The notes below the pieces were generated by a model. That model did no database searches. It was not told the DNA's origin and saw only the letters and a list, made by a program, of their open reading frames with translations. 38,792 nt of DNA, taken from positions 1-38,792 of the IMG/VR virus record IMGVR_UViG_3300030372_004503. One strand, given 5' to 3'. Position 1 is the stretch's first letter, and each line of letters opens with the position of its first letter. Of the stretch, positions 19,601-27,859 are shown one piece after another. The DNA comes from a virus. Taxonomy: Duplodnaviria; Caudoviricetes. Both the position numbers and the translations under genes were made by a program.

Positions 19601-21625
19601 ATTTCCCCAGTTTTTAACTTTTATAGCTGGAGGTGTGATTGGCTTTACATTTATTTGCAATTCATTATTTGTCATTTGATATGGACCAGAACCTGCTGTA
19701 GCTTCAAAGCAATATAGCCATTCTTCGTCAAATGTAAATCCTGAAGGGTGCCAATATAGTAAATAAACCCATCCATCTACTTCATATATATCGCTTATAT
19801 ATGAACCTGATTTAGGAGGTCTAGGTATTTCTGTTCCAGCTGACAAGTTTAGATTCATGTCATCTGTTACTACTAAATTATAAGTCAATGAATAGCTTCT
19901 TAAAGGACTGTTTAAATTTGTGACTTGGTCACTATCATTAACAAAGTGCCTATAGGCTTCTAAATAAAGCTTATCTCCATCTGCTCGACTTGCTTGCCAG
20001 CAATATATTGTATCTCCGTCTCCATGACCATCTAATGCAGTTGCGGTATTATCTTGAGTCCCGTTCCATGTATTGTCCGTAAATGGCTCTAATTCGTCCG
20101 AACCATTTGCTTGTAGGGTAGTGTTAGCCATCTTTGTTAAAACGGCTGTAGATGAGGATATAGAGCTCATTTGATAGCCAACTAAGTTAGTCTTATATTG
20201 TTTTCCGTTAGAACTAGCTGGTCCAGATGAATTTGTCTTCATTATAACACTAAAATATTTGCCTGGAGATGTTCCTATAATAAAATCTTCTGTTCTCCCT
20301 ATCCCTGTAGGAGTACCTGCTGCCGCTGTTGCAGTAACAGGGTTTTCTATAAAGTCAAGATTAAAAAGACTTTGTCCTTCATCTAATGCCTCAAGCTGAG
20401 CTTCTTCTAAATGATATCCATCTACTTTATCTCCAAATCTTTTTTGAAGTATCTCCCCTAGCCACATTGATTTTGAATTAGCTGTATTACCCGTACCTAT
20501 ATATGTTCCATTAGGACCCTGAGCTAAAGATACAGCATTAGGCTCACCAATTACATCACCATTAGCTGAATCTTTTATTAAAGGACTACCTTGTTCTCCA
20601 TAAAAATCTTCTATAACTTTCATTTTATGAGGGACTTCCCCTTCCTCAATAGTTGTGTCTATATCATAATATATTACATTGGTAATAGTCTTATCTGAGC
20701 CTTCTGTTTTTTTGTTAGCTAAAATAAGGTTCCTAGCATGAATAGGTAAATATTCACTTACATCTAATATAACAAATTTTATTTGAGAGGAAGATACTGG
20801 GGTATGGACTATTTTGAAATCTGGAGTATCTATATTAGGATGCCATATAATAATATGAGCATAATAACTACCAAGAGCCGATATTACAGCTGTGTTAAGA
20901 TGTGTATCAGGAGTTGTTCCAGGCTCCGTTTCTCCATCTATAAGAGTTCCATCTCCACTTGAAGACTCTTGACCTCTTAATACCTTTATCAAACCATCAG
21001 ATGCAGATATAATTTCTTGAACAATCATAATCTCACTATCAACTTTAATATATTGTCCTACAAATATAGATTCGACATTGTCAAGATTTGCTACAGTACC
21101 ACTATCTGCTCCAGTCAGAACAGAAACAATTTCCACACTATTATTTATTCCAGATGACAAGTCTGTTGGATCAGCGAGACATAGAACAGTTGCCTGGTAA
21201 TCTATATCATTATTTATACCATTTCCATCTCTTCCGTTAAAGTTTACGATGTCAGCGCTTTGTAATTCTGGATAGCTAGAATTTATAGCTGTATAAGAAG
21301 CTTTTACGGCATCTTTAAATTTCCAATCATCAAGAATCTCATCACTAGTAAATGTTTTTGTGTAAACCAACTTGTCTGATATGTAGAATTCCCATTTTGC
21401 ATTTGCTTCTGGCCTACTAAGAGTTTCTTGATATACATAAGAACTTGAATTTATGTCCTTATATTTTTTAGCTACCTCTGCTTGACAGCCCTTTAATTTA
21501 CCCTCTTCATCAATAGCTTCTAAATTTTTAGAGTATATTGCTGCTTCATCTGGAATATCCACAGAAGATGGGGAAGAGGCTGTCCCCGCTATAAAGTTTC
21601 TTAATTCTTTTACTTGTTTTGGCAT
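16655..21625 (-). CDS. Tail nozzle / DNA-stabilisation protein (P22 gp10 / T7 gp12-like) with large insertions
   Basis: 1,656 aa; N-terminus MPKQVKELRNFIAG...DIPDEAAIYSKNL...GKLK and C-terminal beta-propeller-type EGIGCIGPDSAIITDVGMFFCDYQGMYWHNGS...YHSKSYDM...KTF...GKKFRFEF, as in podophage nozzle proteins. Confidence 0.7.
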   Translation of the reverse strand: MPKQVKELRNFIAGTASSPSSVDIPDEAAIYSKNLEAIDEEGKLKGCQAEVAKKYKDINSSSYVYQETLSRPEANAKWEFYISDKLVYTKTFTSDEILDDWKFKDAVKASYTAINSSYPELQSADIVNFNGRDGNGINNDIDYQATVLCLADPTDLSSGINNSVEIVSVLTGADSGTVANLDNVESIFVGQYIKVDSEIMIVQEIISASDGLIKVLRGQESSSGDGTLIDGETEPGTTPDTHLNTAVISALGSYYAHIIIWHPNIDTPDFKIVHTPVSSSQIKFVILDVSEYLPIHARNLILANKKTEGSDKTITNVIYYDIDTTIEEGEVPHKMKVIEDFYGEQGSPLIKDSANGDVIGEPNAVSLAQGPNGTYIGTGNTANSKSMWLGEILQKRFGDKVDGYHLEEAQLEALDEGQSLFNLDFIENPVTATAAAGTPTGIGRTEDFIIGTSPGKYFSVIMKTNSSGPASSNGKQYKTNLVGYQMSSISSSTAVLTKMANTTLQANGSDELEPFTDNTWNGTQDNTATALDGHGDGDTIYCWQASRADGDKLYLEAYRHFVNDSDQVTNLNSPLRSYSLTYNLVVTDDMNLNLSAGTEIPRPPKSGSYISDIYEVDGWVYLLYWHPSGFTFDEEWLYCFEATAGSGPYQMTNNELQINVKPITPPAIKVKNWGNDVNGAGYDWYMPADVFNGGGLSAGNWIGQCGSRGCYANYFYWRNCDALGYVAAATSPDSGHVSEDNGQLTGTGWKLAYADSISTLSSSEDNKFPGYTAGINTAGNRQGDPHVEMNNGYSGRSFGASYGFTEYIVTPAQKGLTRPSSSDDIGVVTHLEGKQAVSDLNLGKHIHKWSRKWGLSRYKRYSTYNLTEPVIKDWNEHVIMTVNKESLGVRQRCVPNGAQYFRQYSEEYTYTDDEGGLETGTRTLTNTLNTEDTHLLFNGTKANTWANQGGTWAAREGAGTSQDNSDDNILSCKNTFRTGSYYNLNASSAGGVDYAPTDSIQKSYNTHIYKLDQATSPQSGQLDGTGAAAGNNETAISPIGKGDVVTVSKNHELQDFTFITAKDTNRPITETYLTRWSKNPHSYSSKAVDYEISGNMNAPNNMNPLQLEGFGSAIMTDIKLNTDDVKINLSPRTGDYVAGFLKFDKSSGDFLTSTGDGTHASTLSPYFWQYPDSELDFGMDIAYTDTAADEPSANFKNGTTYYWKLSMLYDGFQEGPLTTFEFTKTVSGDHYNRATLTLRIADPPKRVTHIIAYRKNAAEQFYRFVAEVPLTHGWVYNSSKDQWKTIVVDEGKQKATYSAITGMPENISQTNVNYRLSTVAQGHLIVADCYHPEIKQGQNFIFKSKPTQYSNFEWTRDYCVMPSKPTHIAWWAGKLYVFDLSNIYRVNIQSLTLEDTFEGIGCIGPDSAIITDVGMFFCDYQGMYWHNGSRAENISRDILLSSFAGDDDQLIEANSLTDKSYQYHNWQHINHNRDPQVLYDGKTQSVYFCFEDKHDDGTLFSGAWVYSTTRKRWDMREMPTPIGKLTGNRNDIYVSNTDYLYQISTSKNSRKPWSYHSKSYDMNVSSQDKTFVSFKIMCNTNEEAQDLADGGIGNWSLYVDNVKIESQYELIEVDDSTVKIKISGPNKRGKKFRFEFVNFDVEVDSVAIVYRTGTVK

Positions 21626-21885
21626 TACTTATCTTTCCTCAATAATTTAGTTATAACTTCTACTAGTGTTTTAAAACTAGATTTAAGTCCTCTATTTTCT
21701 ATCTGCATCTTCTTTTGCTGGTCTATTAATTTAATAATAATTCCCTCTAATCTGTTAAACTTATTATGTAAATCTTTAGTAAGGTCATCTTGTATATACT
21801 TGTTTTGCTTCCAGATAAAAAATCCAAAAGCTACTGCAACACATATGGGAATACCATAATTCTCTAATATACTTAAAAAATCCAT
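21625..21885 (-). CDS. Holin-like membrane protein
   Basis: 86 aa; single N-terminal TM helix (YGIPICVAVAFGFFIW) followed by a coiled coil and basic C-terminus. Confidence 0.55.
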   Translation of the reverse strand: MDFLSILENYGIPICVAVAFGFFIWKQNKYIQDDLTKDLHNKFNRLEGIIIKLIDQQKKMQIENRGLKSSFKTLVEVITKLLRKDK

Positions 21886-21887
21886 CC

Positions 21888-22646
21888 TTACCCTTCGAGT
21901 AAATTTCCATTAATAATCGCCTTGCCATTTTTTATTTCAACTATCTCAACATAATGATCGTTCTTATCAAATGTCACTATAGCAAATGCCTGCTTCCAAT
22001 TCATGGGTCTTCCGCCTATAAATTCGTTATCTTCTCTAGACATACTTTTTAAACAGCCTATGCTATATGCCGATATTGGTCCTTTTCCTGATTTATCAGT
22101 AAATACCTGTATATCGTGAAAATGTCCATACATGACACTTTCTTTTAAATTCTTACAATGAGCATTAGCATGATGCATTCCACCATAATTATGCCCATGA
22201 TAGAAGTTTAAATCGCCTATTTTTAAACAACTATCAAAACCTGCTCTATAGAACTTGTATCCCCTATCCTTAAGATTTAATGCTACCTTGCACTCATATT
22301 GAGGTAAATAAGGATAACTATCTACAAAATAATCTAACCATAGTTCATGGTTGCCTTGAATGAAGTGCTTTTCTTTAACATTGACTTTATCTAACGCTTC
22401 ATCAATTATATCCATTCCTTTATTAACATCGTCTACATCTGTTATTACTTCAGGAAGATAATATTCTAAATTAGGTTTAGTTTTATTCTTCCATTTCCAC
22501 CTAGAGACACTAGACCATTCTCCAGTATCTCCAAGGTCGATGTACCCATCAGGCTTGATATCTATTATTGCTTTACATAGCAATGATATAGACTTCTTAT
22601 CATGCAATGGGAAATGCTTATCAGGAGTAACAATATATTTCTTCAA
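21888..22646 (-). CDS. Calcineurin-like metallophosphoesterase
   Basis: Motifs PDKH, DLGD, GNHE, FYHGH, GHFH in the canonical order. Confidence 0.9.
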   Translation of the reverse strand: MKKYIVTPDKHFPLHDKKSISLLCKAIIDIKPDGYIDLGDTGEWSSVSRWKWKNKTKPNLEYYLPEVITDVDDVNKGMDIIDEALDKVNVKEKHFIQGNHELWLDYFVDSYPYLPQYECKVALNLKDRGYKFYRAGFDSCLKIGDLNFYHGHNYGGMHHANAHCKNLKESVMYGHFHDIQVFTDKSGKGPISAYSIGCLKSMSREDNEFIGGRPMNWKQAFAIVTFDKNDHYVEIVEIKNGKAIINGNLLEG

Positions 22647-22948
22647 TTAAGATTCTCCTTTAAAGGTGGAATCCAATCGTTCCTATTGGTCCAATATTTC
22701 TTCCCCTTTTGTAAATGCTGCTCTGTTTCTTTATGGGTAAACTTGCAAAACAACTGTTCACATTCATTGCATTCCCAAAACAGGGTGCTCTCATAAGCAC
22801 CAAGAACTTCAAGTGATATTATATCACCCCCCTTGCAACGGGTACATTTCCTAGGTCTTCTTTTATATACTCTATCAGTCTTCTTTATTCCAAGAGACCT
22901 TAAACATGTTTTAGCTTCCCTTACTACTAGATCGCTATAAACAGTCAT
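22643..22948 (-). CDS. Zinc-ribbon protein
   Basis: CTRC...CNEC pair. The ATG at 22948 (MTVYSDL) is preferred over 22999, which would overlap the upstream 59-aa ORF by 40 nt. Confidence 0.65.
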   Translation of the reverse strand: MTVYSDLVVREAKTCLRSLGIKKTDRVYKRRPRKCTRCKGGDIISLEVLGAYESTLFWECNECEQLFCKFTHKETEQHLQKGKKYWTNRNDWIPPLKENLN

Positions 22949-22959
22949 TTCAGTATACT

Positions 22960-23139
22960 TTATATTTTTGTTAACAAGAGTGACTTTACTTTTTTCCATA
23001 CTTTATCGTCCAATTCGTTTTTTGTGCTTTTAACAAGCATATCTCCTAGACCACAAACTATTCTAATTTTAAGCTTTTCGCTAACTATTCCTTTAGCTGC
23101 AAGCTTTAGCAGTTTACCTGCTATAAGTTTAGCCACCAT
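22960..23139 (-). CDS. Small basic amphipathic protein (59 aa)
   Basis: Not in the track. MVAKLIAGKLLKLAAKGIVSEKLKIRIVCGLGDMLVKSTKNELDDKVWKKVKSLLLTKI*; TAATG overlap with the upstream stop. Confidence 0.7.
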   Translation of the reverse strand: MVAKLIAGKLLKLAAKGIVSEKLKIRIVCGLGDMLVKSTKNELDDKVWKKVKSLLLTKI

Positions 23140-23348
23140 TATAATTTATCAATAATAGTCTTCTTAACAACCTCTTCAACAGAGTCATAGATAGCATTTA
23201 ATATCTTTTCTTCTGTTTTTTCAGAGATAATAGGTATATTTACATTTTCATTTAACTTGGTAACAATCTTCTTTTGAAGCTCGTCATCAAATATTTTAGC
23301 TACTAGTTCATCTTTATGGTTTGCAATTAAGTCTTTTACGAAACTCAT
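23139..23348 (-). CDS. Small helical hypothetical protein (69 aa)
   Basis: GGAGAGG RBS; ATGA and TAATG overlaps on either side. Confidence 0.75.
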   Translation of the reverse strand: MSFVKDLIANHKDELVAKIFDDELQKKIVTKLNENVNIPIISEKTEEKILNAIYDSVEEVVKKTIIDKL

Positions 23349-23494
23349 TTATTCCTCTCCTTTATTATTTTTATTATCATGTATATCAAAGTTGCTAATG
23401 CTGCTAATGCACTAAACAATGGGGGAACCCACTCTGTCCAACAAAGTGAGCTTCCAGTTATTCCTACTGCACTAGTTTTTAAGGTATCTAACAT
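23345..23494 (-). CDS. Small membrane protein (49 aa), holin-like
   Basis: Not in the track. MLDTLKTSAVGITGSSLCWTEWVPPLFSALAALATLIYMIIKIIKERNK*; TM helix with basic tail; TAATG and ATGA overlaps. Confidence 0.7.
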   Translation of the reverse strand: MLDTLKTSAVGITGSSLCWTEWVPPLFSALAALATLIYMIIKIIKERNK

Positions 23495-24204
23495 TAAAAG
23501 TTTGCTCCAAATATATTTGCATTATAAGTAACTCCACCAGATGTATAAACAACTTCTAGTACTGGCCTTTTTGATGCAGTTGTATTTTCCATTGTAATAA
23601 TTTTTGCACCATTAAAAACAACAAAACCAGTCCCAGTTAAAGTATAATCTTCATCCCATTCTCCATCATACAGAAACATTAATTTCAAGTATCCAGAGCT
23701 TATTACATCTTCTACATCACTTACAGCTGTTGAGTTTAATGATATGTCATAGTCTGTACTTGCAGCAGATGTAAACTCTCCATACTCAGTAACAACGCCT
23801 TCCCAATCTCCACTAGAAGGCCATCCATCAAAATCATTATAAGTAGAAGACCCTGATGATGCAGTCCAAGTTCCTTTTGCAATATAAATAGTTCCCATAT
23901 GAGTATGAGTTAAAAACCCTGATGAATTTGATTGAGTGCTTATTTTTAAATTGACACTATCTATAGTAGAGCCAGCTGGTATTGATGCAGCTCCAATATT
24001 AAATGTCATATGTCCTCTATAATTAAATTTATTAGCTGTTCCAAAAGCTACAGAACCTAAACCTACATACGCAGCATTTATACTAGTGCTTCCAGATGTT
24101 GAATTTGTTGCATCCCTATTAGTAGCGTGAGAGCCACTTCCTAATATATGATATCCATCATCTAAAGAGCCTGTATCAATTGCTGATATATCTGCTTGAG
24201 GCAT
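23494..24204 (-). CDS. Virion-associated beta-sandwich protein (DNRLRE/CBM96-like)
   Basis: 236 aa; YRGHMTFNI...IPAGSTIDSVNLKI...ENTTASKRPVLEVVY pattern. Confidence 0.55.
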   Translation of the reverse strand: MPQADISAIDTGSLDDGYHILGSGSHATNRDATNSTSGSTSINAAYVGLGSVAFGTANKFNYRGHMTFNIGAASIPAGSTIDSVNLKISTQSNSSGFLTHTHMGTIYIAKGTWTASSGSSTYNDFDGWPSSGDWEGVVTEYGEFTSAASTDYDISLNSTAVSDVEDVISSGYLKLMFLYDGEWDEDYTLTGTGFVVFNGAKIITMENTTASKRPVLEVVYTSGGVTYNANIFGANF

Positions 24205-24372
24205 CTAAAAACTCCAATTTGTTTCGTCTGAGTGATAGGACTTAAATTCTTCCTTAATATTGTCTACAGGAACTTGTGTAGCTATATGGATATGATTAAA
24301 ATAATCTTCCATAGTAACTCCATCTGAAGTTCCTAATAATTTCACACATTCTTCTTTTTCTATAGTATTCAT
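24205..24372 (-). CDS. Small acidic hypothetical protein (55 aa)
   Basis: Not in the track. MNTIEKEECVKLLGTSDGVTMEDYFNHIHIATQVPVDNIKEEFKSYHSDETNWSF*; fills the gap between the fibre gene and the next gene exactly. Confidence 0.65.
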   Translation of the reverse strand: MNTIEKEECVKLLGTSDGVTMEDYFNHIHIATQVPVDNIKEEFKSYHSDETNWSF

Positions 24373-24373
24373 A

Positions 24374-26839
24374 TTAACTAAAATTTAAACTTGGCACTCC
24401 AAAAGCCATTTCTCTTTCTGCATCCCAATAAAAGCTAACTATATCAAATGATCCAGCTGCCGTTGATAATGTTGGTGCAGAACCTCCTGCCCATCTAATT
24501 GCACCTGCAGTTCCTCCATCATTGTTAGCATCATTACCAGTAGAATCTAAAGCCTTCCAAGAAGAAAGAGTTAGACTTCCAGTAAGATATTGCTCTACAA
24601 CTAATGTAAAGTTTCCAGAATAAGGAGGAAACTTAAGCTCTAAAGCTGTATTATCAAATCCTGCCATCCTTAATTCTGCTTTATTCCCATCTCTAAAATC
24701 TATAGTCGTACTAGAAGCTCCAATTGCTTCAGATATCTTTGTAAATCCTACAGCAGATTTAGAATGAACTGTCTTTCCAGATGCTGTCTCAACTATTAAT
24801 TCACCATCAGGGTTAAGAGTTAAATTGCCGTCTATGCCTACACCACCATCTAATGTTGATAAAGTAGTGGCTCCGTCTGCACCTACATTAATTTCAAAGT
24901 AATTATTTGCATCATGGTTAAATTTAGTAGAAGGTCCGTCATGTCTAAATCTTAAAGCTGTATCGTCCCAAAATTCTAATAAGCCTCCAGCATCATACTT
25001 AAATACTAAATTTCTAGTAGTGTCTCCCTCCGTTGATATAATAAAGTCATCTGCGTTAAGATATAGTTTTCCGTATGCAGTTTGAGCAGTATTATGTATA
25101 TAAAAAGCTGCATTGTCTGCATCAAAATCAAATATATTATTAGTACCATCGTCTATTAAGACATTCCCTCCATCAGTAGATAATGTTATATCTCCAGCGC
25201 AATCAATCTTAAAGGAAGGAGTGTCTGCTTCTATTAATTGAGTACCTTCATGAAATTCAATTGTGGTTAAACCTAGAATGCCTAACTGTCCAGCTGAATA
25301 GGAAACATTGCCTAAATCCTCTAGATCTGATACATTGCTTGTTCCTGCACCTATATCTGCTCTTACTTGTCCAGTACTTCTGCTCTCTAATCCATTAGCT
25401 GTGAATCTTGCATACTCATCATCAGCTACGGAGGCTGAGTCAATTTTAACATAATTAGTATCTGCTATTCCGTAAGTTCCATCACCAGTATTAGTTCCGC
25501 TTAAATTAGTAGCAGTTATGCTACCACCAAAAGTACCTCCACTTGCAGCAGAAACAAAGTCTGTAGGTAGTACTTGGTCACCAGTATTAGTTCCAGAAAG
25601 ATTACCTATATCTGTAAGGTCTTGAGCAGATAATGAGCCAGTTCCAGTTATATAGTTTCCTGAGGCTTGCCCTCCTATATATGTTAGCAAATTAGCTCCT
25701 GTAACATATTTAACTTGACCAGAAGAAGACATAAGGAATTTATCACTATCACTTCCAATCTCATCTATAGACCCTATATCGAACTTTCCAGCTATAACTA
25801 GATCTCCAGTAGTACTTAATCTCACTTTCTTATCTGAATTTATATTTCCAAGTGAGTTAGTACCTATAACAAATTCATCACTTGCGTCTCCATCATTTCC
25901 TATAGTCCATCTAACAGTTGAACCTTCTGTAAAGTTTATCTTAGGGTGTCCATCTACTGAAGGACCGACAATCTTTAGGTCAGAGCATATAACTCTAGAT
26001 TCTACTTCTAATTCTCCAGTAATATCAAGAGTCATCATAGGAGAGGCAGTTAATCCCACTCCTTGTGACCATGTATATGTTCCTGTTGTATTTCTTACTC
26101 CAGTTGACCACCATGTTGTTGAAGACTCTTCGTGCCTAATAAAGGAATCATGTCCTGAAGCAGTATCTAATTTAAATTGTATATTATCAGTAGATTCAAC
26201 TATAAGCAATCCATCAGTAGAACAATCTATTGATGTGCCGCTTCCAAAAGATATTTTTTCGCCAAGAGTTATATCTCCACCAATGTTTAACCCTTCTGTG
26301 AGAGTTAAAGTTCCTGATGCAGTTAATTTAAATATAGGTGATGAGGTTATATCGGCAGGTGCGCCAAAATTTATAGAAAACGCTGAATTAACTACATCAT
26401 GGCCTATTTTAAAGCCAGTACCAAGATACGAATTAAATGCAATTTGCTGAGGTTTGCCTCCTCCAGAAGAGCTACTATTGTCTAATATTAATTCTGTATA
26501 AGAAGCGCTGTCTGATGTAATTTTAAAGTTATTAGTTACATCTGCTAAAATGCCATCTTGGATAGCCTCTAACTTTCCGTCTACTCCTTCAGAAAGTTCT
26601 GCTCTTTTAAAGCCAACGAAATTGCCAGATTTATAACATTTTATAGCCTTGTTAGTGGCCATTACAAGGTGACTATTTCCAGCTAAAGAATTAAGCCATG
26701 AAGTATTATCAGTAGCACCTGTTCCGCCTTTTGCTACAGAAAGAACAGAGCCAGTATTTAAGTCAGTTGCAGTTGCGGCATTTTGAGCAATGTTATTTGC
26801 TGTAGTTTCATGTACTAGCTTTTTAAATGCATTAGACAT
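24374..26839 (-). CDS. Tail fibre protein
   Basis: 821 aa; LSVAKGGTGAT motif, repeated W-x-x-G beta units, NLSGTNTGD twice, C-terminal IRWAGGSAPTLSTAAGSFDIVSFYWD tip-type motif. Confidence 0.75.
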   Translation of the reverse strand: MSNAFKKLVHETTANNIAQNAATATDLNTGSVLSVAKGGTGATDNTSWLNSLAGNSHLVMATNKAIKCYKSGNFVGFKRAELSEGVDGKLEAIQDGILADVTNNFKITSDSASYTELILDNSSSSGGGKPQQIAFNSYLGTGFKIGHDVVNSAFSINFGAPADITSSPIFKLTASGTLTLTEGLNIGGDITLGEKISFGSGTSIDCSTDGLLIVESTDNIQFKLDTASGHDSFIRHEESSTTWWSTGVRNTTGTYTWSQGVGLTASPMMTLDITGELEVESRVICSDLKIVGPSVDGHPKINFTEGSTVRWTIGNDGDASDEFVIGTNSLGNINSDKKVRLSTTGDLVIAGKFDIGSIDEIGSDSDKFLMSSSGQVKYVTGANLLTYIGGQASGNYITGTGSLSAQDLTDIGNLSGTNTGDQVLPTDFVSAASGGTFGGSITATNLSGTNTGDGTYGIADTNYVKIDSASVADDEYARFTANGLESRSTGQVRADIGAGTSNVSDLEDLGNVSYSAGQLGILGLTTIEFHEGTQLIEADTPSFKIDCAGDITLSTDGGNVLIDDGTNNIFDFDADNAAFYIHNTAQTAYGKLYLNADDFIISTEGDTTRNLVFKYDAGGLLEFWDDTALRFRHDGPSTKFNHDANNYFEINVGADGATTLSTLDGGVGIDGNLTLNPDGELIVETASGKTVHSKSAVGFTKISEAIGASSTTIDFRDGNKAELRMAGFDNTALELKFPPYSGNFTLVVEQYLTGSLTLSSWKALDSTGNDANNDGGTAGAIRWAGGSAPTLSTAAGSFDIVSFYWDAEREMAFGVPSLNFS
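25482..25594. repeat. 17-nt direct repeat TCACCAGTATTAGTTCC (25482-25498 and 25578-25594) within the two NLSGTNTGD motifs
   Basis: Exact copies read directly, 96 bp apart, in frame. Confidence 0.85.
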
Positions 26840-27186
26840 TATTCAGTAACCGCTACATATAAAGCTCCGCCAGACCTAATAACAGTTCCGTCTGTGTATG
26901 CGGTTGGATCTGGCAAAGAACCTAAGTTTGTTAATGATAAAGAAGAGGTTAATGGTTCGTATCCAGCTGTTGTAAAGGTTACTCTAGGAGTTTTGTTATA
27001 ATTGTATGTTAAGGATTTAGTAGAGCTATCGATTCTTACTGTCCAACCTAAACCTAAATCCCAACTGAAACCAGTTTGGTCAGATATATTAGTCCAAATA
27101 CTGAATTGAGGGTTACTTATATTTTCAAGTTCACCTCCAGTATTAAACGATGAAGCGTTATTTATAGTTTGCCTAACAAAGCCCAT
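26839..27186 (-). CDS. Hypothetical structural protein (115 aa)
   Basis: AGGAGA RBS; TAATG-coupled to the fibre gene; beta-rich. Confidence 0.65.
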   Translation of the reverse strand: MGFVRQTINNASSFNTGGELENISNPQFSIWTNISDQTGFSWDLGLGWTVRIDSSTKSLTYNYNKTPRVTFTTAGYEPLTSSLSLTNLGSLPDPTAYTDGTVIRSGGALYVAVTE

Positions 27187-27194
27187 TATATCTC

Positions 27195-27596
27195 CTAAAA
27201 ATCATAAGGAGTGATAACACCCCCTTGAGTATGGTGAGTTCTTTTATATTTTTTAGCCTCTCTTACGGCTAGTCCGTATTGTTGGTCAAAGTATTGAGCC
27301 ATTTGTAAATTCATTCCATCTCCTGGCAATTTATATAATTCTCCAAGCACTTTAAATACTAATGCTTCATGAAATTGAGAAGGTAACTCAGAAGATTTAG
27401 TTAAATCAGTTGTAAAAGGAGTAGGCTTTGATGTATAGTGAAGCCTTAGAGTCTTACCAGCAGATGTTGTTGTAGGTGATTGCCAATGTGGGTCGGTATT
27501 AGCATCAGCACTACCTTCTGTCCTAGTTTCAACTACACCTATTCTTTCTCCGTCTATAAACCAATAATATTTATCTGCATTACTTACTGTAGACAT
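27195..27596 (-). CDS. Head-tail adaptor/ring protein, C-terminal half
   Basis: YYWFIDGERIGVV...LRLHYTSKP...ELPSQFHEALVFKVL...AQYFDQQY matches the second half of podophage adaptor (P22 gp4 / tail tubular A-like) proteins. Confidence 0.65.
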   Translation of the reverse strand: MSTVSNADKYYWFIDGERIGVVETRTEGSADANTDPHWQSPTTTSAGKTLRLHYTSKPTPFTTDLTKSSELPSQFHEALVFKVLGELYKLPGDGMNLQMAQYFDQQYGLAVREAKKYKRTHHTQGGVITPYDF

Positions 27597-27859
27597 TATG
27601 TAATATCTCCTTCTATAGGTTTGTTAAGAAGTCTTTTTATTGCAATGTTATCCACCTCTACTCTTTTTATATCAAGCATAGAAGGGTCTAAATCATAATA
27701 TCTTTTACCTGCAACTAAAGTGTCATCTGCTACAGCTTCTATCATTTTTGTTCTTGCACCAAAATCATCTTGAGCTCTATTCAAAGCTTTCCGTATAAGA
27801 GTTTCCCCTGATTCAGGATGATGTTGTTGAACCATTTCTATCATTTCTTTTTGTGTCAT
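27596..27859 (-). CDS. Head-tail adaptor/ring protein, N-terminal half
   Basis: MTQKEMIEMV...IRKALNRAQDDF...LVAGKRYYDLDPSMLDIKRVEV matches the first half of the same family. Confidence 0.65.
   Translation of the reverse strand: MTQKEMIEMVQQHHPESGETLIRKALNRAQDDFGARTKMIEAVADDTLVAGKRYYDLDPSMLDIKRVEVDNIAIKRLLNKPIEGDIT

Noticed and set aside
24374-26839. Diversity-generating retroelement or CRISPR-like repeats in fibre genes
   Set aside because: Only one 17-nt in-frame duplication was found; no reverse transcriptase, adenine-variable template repeat or spaced repeat array is visible in the window.
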